Assembly (NCBI GenBank): GCA_038230375.1
Contig: JBBRNJ010000060.1
Span: 1 to 56,883 of the forward strand
Direction: 5' to 3'
Length of the DNA: 56,883 nt
From: Polyangiales bacterium
Lineage (GTDB): Bacteria; Myxococcota_A; Polyangia; Polyangiales; Polyangiaceae
Under the pieces are notes generated by a model, which was given only the letters and a program-made list of their open reading frames with translations, did no database searches and had not been told where the DNA came from. Positions 53,415 to 56,883 of this stretch are shown piece after piece. Made by a program: the position numbers and the translations under genes. Within the stretch, counting starts at the first letter, position 1. Each line of letters opens with the position of its first letter.

Positions 53415-53466
53415 GCTCAGTCCTTGGACTTGCCCGGACTGAGCGAAGCTCAGTCCTTGGACTTGC
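53415..53466. repeat. 19-bp direct repeat with an internal inverted copy forming a hairpin
   Basis: GCTCAGTCCTTGGACTTGC at 53415-53433 and 53448-53466; GGACTGAGC-GAA-GCTCAGTCC stem-loop. Confidence 0.85.
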
Positions 53467-54793
53467 TGGGATCGCCGATGCCGTGACGACGGAGGTAGCC
53501 GCGCACGTGCGCGCGTTCCATCGCGGCGCGACGGCCGATCTCGCTCACGTTGCCGCTGCACTCCGCGTAGAGCGCGGTGAAGTATTCGCGCTCGAAGCGG
53601 GCCAGAATCTCGCGTTTCGCATCCTGAAAAGTGCGGCCGCGCGTGGGCGTGGATTCGTTCGTGGACGCGACGAGCGGGGCAAGGTGCTGCGCGAGATCGA
53701 GCGGGCCTTCCTTGCCGAACGCGAGCGCGACGGAGATGACGTTGCGGAGCTCACGCACGTTGCCCGGCCAGTCGTGGCGCATGAGGCGCTCGAGTGAGTC
53801 GGTCGTGATGCGGCCGTAGGCTTCCTTGTCGCCGATGTCGATCATCATCTTCCGCACGAGGGCGGGGATGTCTTCGAGGCGTTCACGTAGCGGCGGGAGC
53901 TCGACGCGGAGCTGCGCGACGCGGAAGTACAAGTCGCTCCGGAACGTGCCGGCGTTGACCTCGCGCACGAGATCGCGACGCGTGGCCGCGACCACGCGGA
54001 CGTTGACGGGGCGGTAGTTGTTGGAGCCGACGGCCTTGATGCGCTGCTCTGCGAGCGCGCGAAGGAGCTTCGGCTGTACGTCGACGGGGAGCTCACCGAG
54101 CTCGTCGAGGAAGATGGTTCCGCCGTCCGCTTCGACGAAGGGCGACACACGCTTGTCCACGGCGCCCGTGAAGGAGCCGCGCTCGTGACCGAAGAGCGCG
54201 CTCTCGGCGAGGGTCGGCGGGATGGCGCCGCAGTCGACGACAACGAACGGTTTGTTCGCGCGCCCAGAGGCCTGGTGAATGGCCTGCGCGACGAGCTCCT
54301 TGCCGCAGCCCGTCTCACCAAGGATGAGGACGGTGAGCTCCGTGGGGCCCGCCTTCTTGAGGCGCTCGAACACGCCGCGCATGGATGCGCTGACGCCGAC
54401 GAGGGGACCGAACTCGGCGACCTCACCGATCTCGACCTGCTCCGGATTGGAGGGCGCGAACTCGATGGAGGAGTCTCCAATGGTGAGGTGCGTCGGCTTG
54501 AGGAGGTAGACCTCACCCACACGGGTGTCACCGATGAAGGTGCCGTTTCGCGACCCGAGGTCACGGACGCGCACACCGCGCTCCGTGGCCACCATCTCGA
54601 CGTGGACCTTGCTCACCTTCTTGTCGTCGAGAACGAGGTCACATGCCTCGTCTCGCCCGACAACCAGGGTGTCAGACACAATCTCGACGCTCGGCTTGTT
54701 CGCCTGACCGCGCTTGACGGTCAGGGTTCCGCCATGAACTTCGAGCTTTCCCTTCGCTACGACAGTCGCGTCCACGACTTGGGTTTCTATCAT
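53450..54793 (-). CDS. FHA-domain sigma54 enhancer-binding protein
   Basis: FHA (VVGRD, VSKVH, DLGSRNGT); GETGCGKE, GSFTGA, WPGNVRELRN; HTH. Confidence 0.94.
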   Translation of the reverse strand: MIETQVVDATVVAKGKLEVHGGTLTVKRGQANKPSVEIVSDTLVVGRDEACDLVLDDKKVSKVHVEMVATERGVRVRDLGSRNGTFIGDTRVGEVYLLKPTHLTIGDSSIEFAPSNPEQVEIGEVAEFGPLVGVSASMRGVFERLKKAGPTELTVLILGETGCGKELVAQAIHQASGRANKPFVVVDCGAIPPTLAESALFGHERGSFTGAVDKRVSPFVEADGGTIFLDELGELPVDVQPKLLRALAEQRIKAVGSNNYRPVNVRVVAATRRDLVREVNAGTFRSDLYFRVAQLRVELPPLRERLEDIPALVRKMMIDIGDKEAYGRITTDSLERLMRHDWPGNVRELRNVISVALAFGKEGPLDLAQHLAPLVASTNESTPTRGRTFQDAKREILARFEREYFTALYAECSGNVSEIGRRAAMERAHVRGYLRRHGIGDPSKSKD

Positions 54794-54863
54794 GCCCAGA
54801 AAAAGCGGTGCCTCTTTTTTGTTCAGGTGCGCTTTATCGGCAGCTATCTCCCCGGTACCGCCA

Positions 54864-55886
54864 CTACCTGCGACGGGGCGAGATGTTCCCCGGGCCGCCC
54901 GTGACCGCGGTTTCATCATCCTCGGGCACCGGATCCTCGTCCCGGTATCGGACGGCGGGCTGCACCAGCCGACGCGGCGCGTTGCCCATCACCTTGCAGA
55001 CCTTTCGCCAGGCCTCCTGGGCATCCACGGCGGTCGGGAAGCGTTTGTCCCGCTCGCGGGCCATGATGCGCGCCATGAATTTCTCGACGGAGGCCGGCCA
55101 TTCGTCGCCCGTGGTGGCCGCGAGCGTGGGCGGGTCGCGATCGAGCTTCAACGCGATGAGCGTCAGCGCATTCGACCCCTCGAAAGGAAGGCGTCCGGTC
55201 AACGCGCGGAACGCCACGGCGCCCAGGGCATAGAGGTCTGCGCGCTCATCCACCCGTGCCGAGCCGCGCACCTGTTCGGGGGCCATGTACGCGAAGCTGC
55301 CGAGCGTGGCGTCAAAGGCGGTGAGTGATGGCTCGCTCTTTCGTTGCTGCGCCGACCGGAATTTCGACACGCCGAAATCCAGGATGCGGGTGCGCTCCTC
55401 GTGCTCGCCGCGGGCGACCTGCTCGGCCGTCAGCTTGCGCTTCTCCACGAAGAGGTTTGCGGGCTTGATGTCGCGATGGACCACGCGGGCGCGATGGGCC
55501 GCGCGCAGGCCTTCGAGCGAATCGTCCACGATCGGCGCCACTTCCGCGAACGAAAGGTACTGCTCACGGCGCAGGCGCTCGTCGAGGCCCTCGCCTACCA
55601 GGCGCTCGAACGCGATCCACAGCCGCCCGTCACGTTCCTTGCCGGAGGCGAGCACGCCGGCCACGAACACAGACTCGATCTGCTTCGCGATCTCGGCCTC
55701 GCGATGGAACCGTGCCACAAGGTCGGGGTCAGCCGCGGCCTTCTCGTGGAGGATCTTGAGAGCGATCTTTTCGCCGCGCTTACCTTCGGCGGCATAGACC
55801 TCTCCCATCCCTCCTTGGCCGAGCAGCCGGCGGATCTTGTAGACTCCGCCGATGACGGTCCCTGCGGACAAGGCGCCTTCGCGCAT
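54864..55886 (-). CDS. Cytoplasmic Ser/Thr protein kinase
   Basis: GQGGMGEVY, IALK, HRDIKPAN, DFGVSK, YMAPEQ. Confidence 0.95.
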   Translation of the reverse strand: MREGALSAGTVIGGVYKIRRLLGQGGMGEVYAAEGKRGEKIALKILHEKAAADPDLVARFHREAEIAKQIESVFVAGVLASGKERDGRLWIAFERLVGEGLDERLRREQYLSFAEVAPIVDDSLEGLRAAHRARVVHRDIKPANLFVEKRKLTAEQVARGEHEERTRILDFGVSKFRSAQQRKSEPSLTAFDATLGSFAYMAPEQVRGSARVDERADLYALGAVAFRALTGRLPFEGSNALTLIALKLDRDPPTLAATTGDEWPASVEKFMARIMARERDKRFPTAVDAQEAWRKVCKVMGNAPRRLVQPAVRYRDEDPVPEDDETAVTGGPGNISPRRR

Positions 55887-56026
55887 TAATGAAGGAGGGT
55901 AGCACGCACCTTGTCCCCTTCCGGCGCGAAATAAGTCGGGGCCCTGTGACGACCAGATTCGAAGGGCACCCGCCCCAAAATCGTTTAGCCTCTTCCGACA
56001 CCCTCTACCGAGGTCTCGCACCCCCC

Positions 56027-56428
56027 ATGCGCACCATCATCGACGTCGAAGCGTATCTAGGTCGGATGAACCGGCGGTTTTCCACCGTCGATGGACAGAG
56101 CGGCACGTTGATCGTGCTGCCCCAGGAGGAGAAACTCCCCCAGATCGTCCTACAGGTGAACCCGCCGATCCTCGTGATGCGAGCATCCGTCGGGAAGGCT
56201 CCGGCGACGGACCACGTTGCTCTCTACAAGAGGCTGCTTACCCTGAACGCCAAGACGCTGGTCCATACGAGCTTTGGGCTCGAAGAAGACAACCAGATCG
56301 TCCTCACGTCGGCTCTCGAGCTCGAGAACCTCGATTACAACGAGCTCGAAGCGAATCTAGAAGAGATCGAGTTCACGCTCGTCTCCCAGGTGCCCGCGCT
56401 CTCGGAACTTTCGAAGAAGGACGGCTGA
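56027..56428 (+). CDS. CesT/YbjN-like chaperone-fold protein
   Basis: About 133 aa, acidic; LYKRLLTLNA..LVH.SFGL...LENLDYNE; directly upstream of pspA. Confidence 0.72.
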   Translation: MRTIIDVEAYLGRMNRRFSTVDGQSGTLIVLPQEEKLPQIVLQVNPPILVMRASVGKAPATDHVALYKRLLTLNAKTLVHTSFGLEEDNQIVLTSALELENLDYNELEANLEEIEFTLVSQVPALSELSKKDG

Positions 56429-56434
56429 TCTCCC

Positions 56435-56883
56435 ATGGGCATCTTCTCCAGGCTCGCGCAGCTCATCAAATCCAATCTCAACGATCTCATCAGCAAATCC
56501 GAAGACCCGGAGAAGATGCTGAACCAGATCGTTCTGGACATGAACAACCAGCTCGTGGAGGCGAAGAAGCAGGTCGCCTCCAGCATCGCGGACGAGAAGC
56601 GCCTCGCGAAGCAGTACGAGCAGGAGTCTGCGAACGCAGCCGAGTGGGAGCGTCGCGCGATGATGGCGCTTCGCGCGGGCAACGAGGAGCTCGCGAAGGA
56701 AGCGCTGTCGCGCAAGAAGGAGCACGACCAGCTCTCCGAGACCTTCAAGGTCCAGTGGCAGAAGCAGAAGGACGCGGTCGACAAGCTCAAGACCGCGCTC
56801 CGCATGCTCAACGACAAGATCGAAGAGGCGAAGCGCAAGAAGAACGTCCTCATCGCGCGGAAGAAGCGCGCGGAGGCGCAGAA
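56435..56883 (+). CDS. pspA: PspA/IM30 family protein (3' truncated by the window edge)
   Basis: MGIFSRLAQLIKSNLNDLISKSEDPEKMLNQIVLDM...AGNEELAKEAL. Missing from the ORF track because it has no stop in the window. Confidence 0.95.
   Translation, partial: MGIFSRLAQLIKSNLNDLISKSEDPEKMLNQIVLDMNNQLVEAKKQVASSIADEKRLAKQYEQESANAAEWERRAMMALRAGNEELAKEALSRKKEHDQLSETFKVQWQKQKDAVDKLKTALRMLNDKIEEAKRKKNVLIARKKRAEAQ

Overview
A GC-rich bacterial chromosomal segment. Gene content points to Myxococcota, probably Polyangiales (MYXO-CTERM-like tail, AgmX/PglI-type domain, FHA-sigma54 activator, Ser/Thr kinases, Cys-rich lipoproteins); this is inferred from content only. About 52 CDSs are supported. They form two dense two-component signalling clusters (1-12.5 kb and 18-29 kb), scattered metabolic genes (acyl-CoA dehydrogenase, crotonase, acnB), surface lipoproteins, an RND pump and a CesT/YbjN-like plus pspA pair running off the right edge. 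I found no tRNA, rRNA, CRISPR array, integrase, transposase or reverse transcriptase. The best leads are: (1) an ethylene-receptor-like histidine kinase; (2) a stress-gene cluster with six sigma54 -24/-12 motifs, containing a REC-pseudoHisKA-REC-Hpt relay that lacks both the phospho-His and the ATPase domain; (3) the same ATGC-N7-GCAT LysR box in front of acnB and a LysR gene 3.5 kb away; (4) a Zn-ribbon/PxYG/MYXO-CTERM protein resembling a splicease substrate; (5) four dispersed intergenic (CTCGAC)n tracts. All calls come from reading motifs by eye; no database searches were run.
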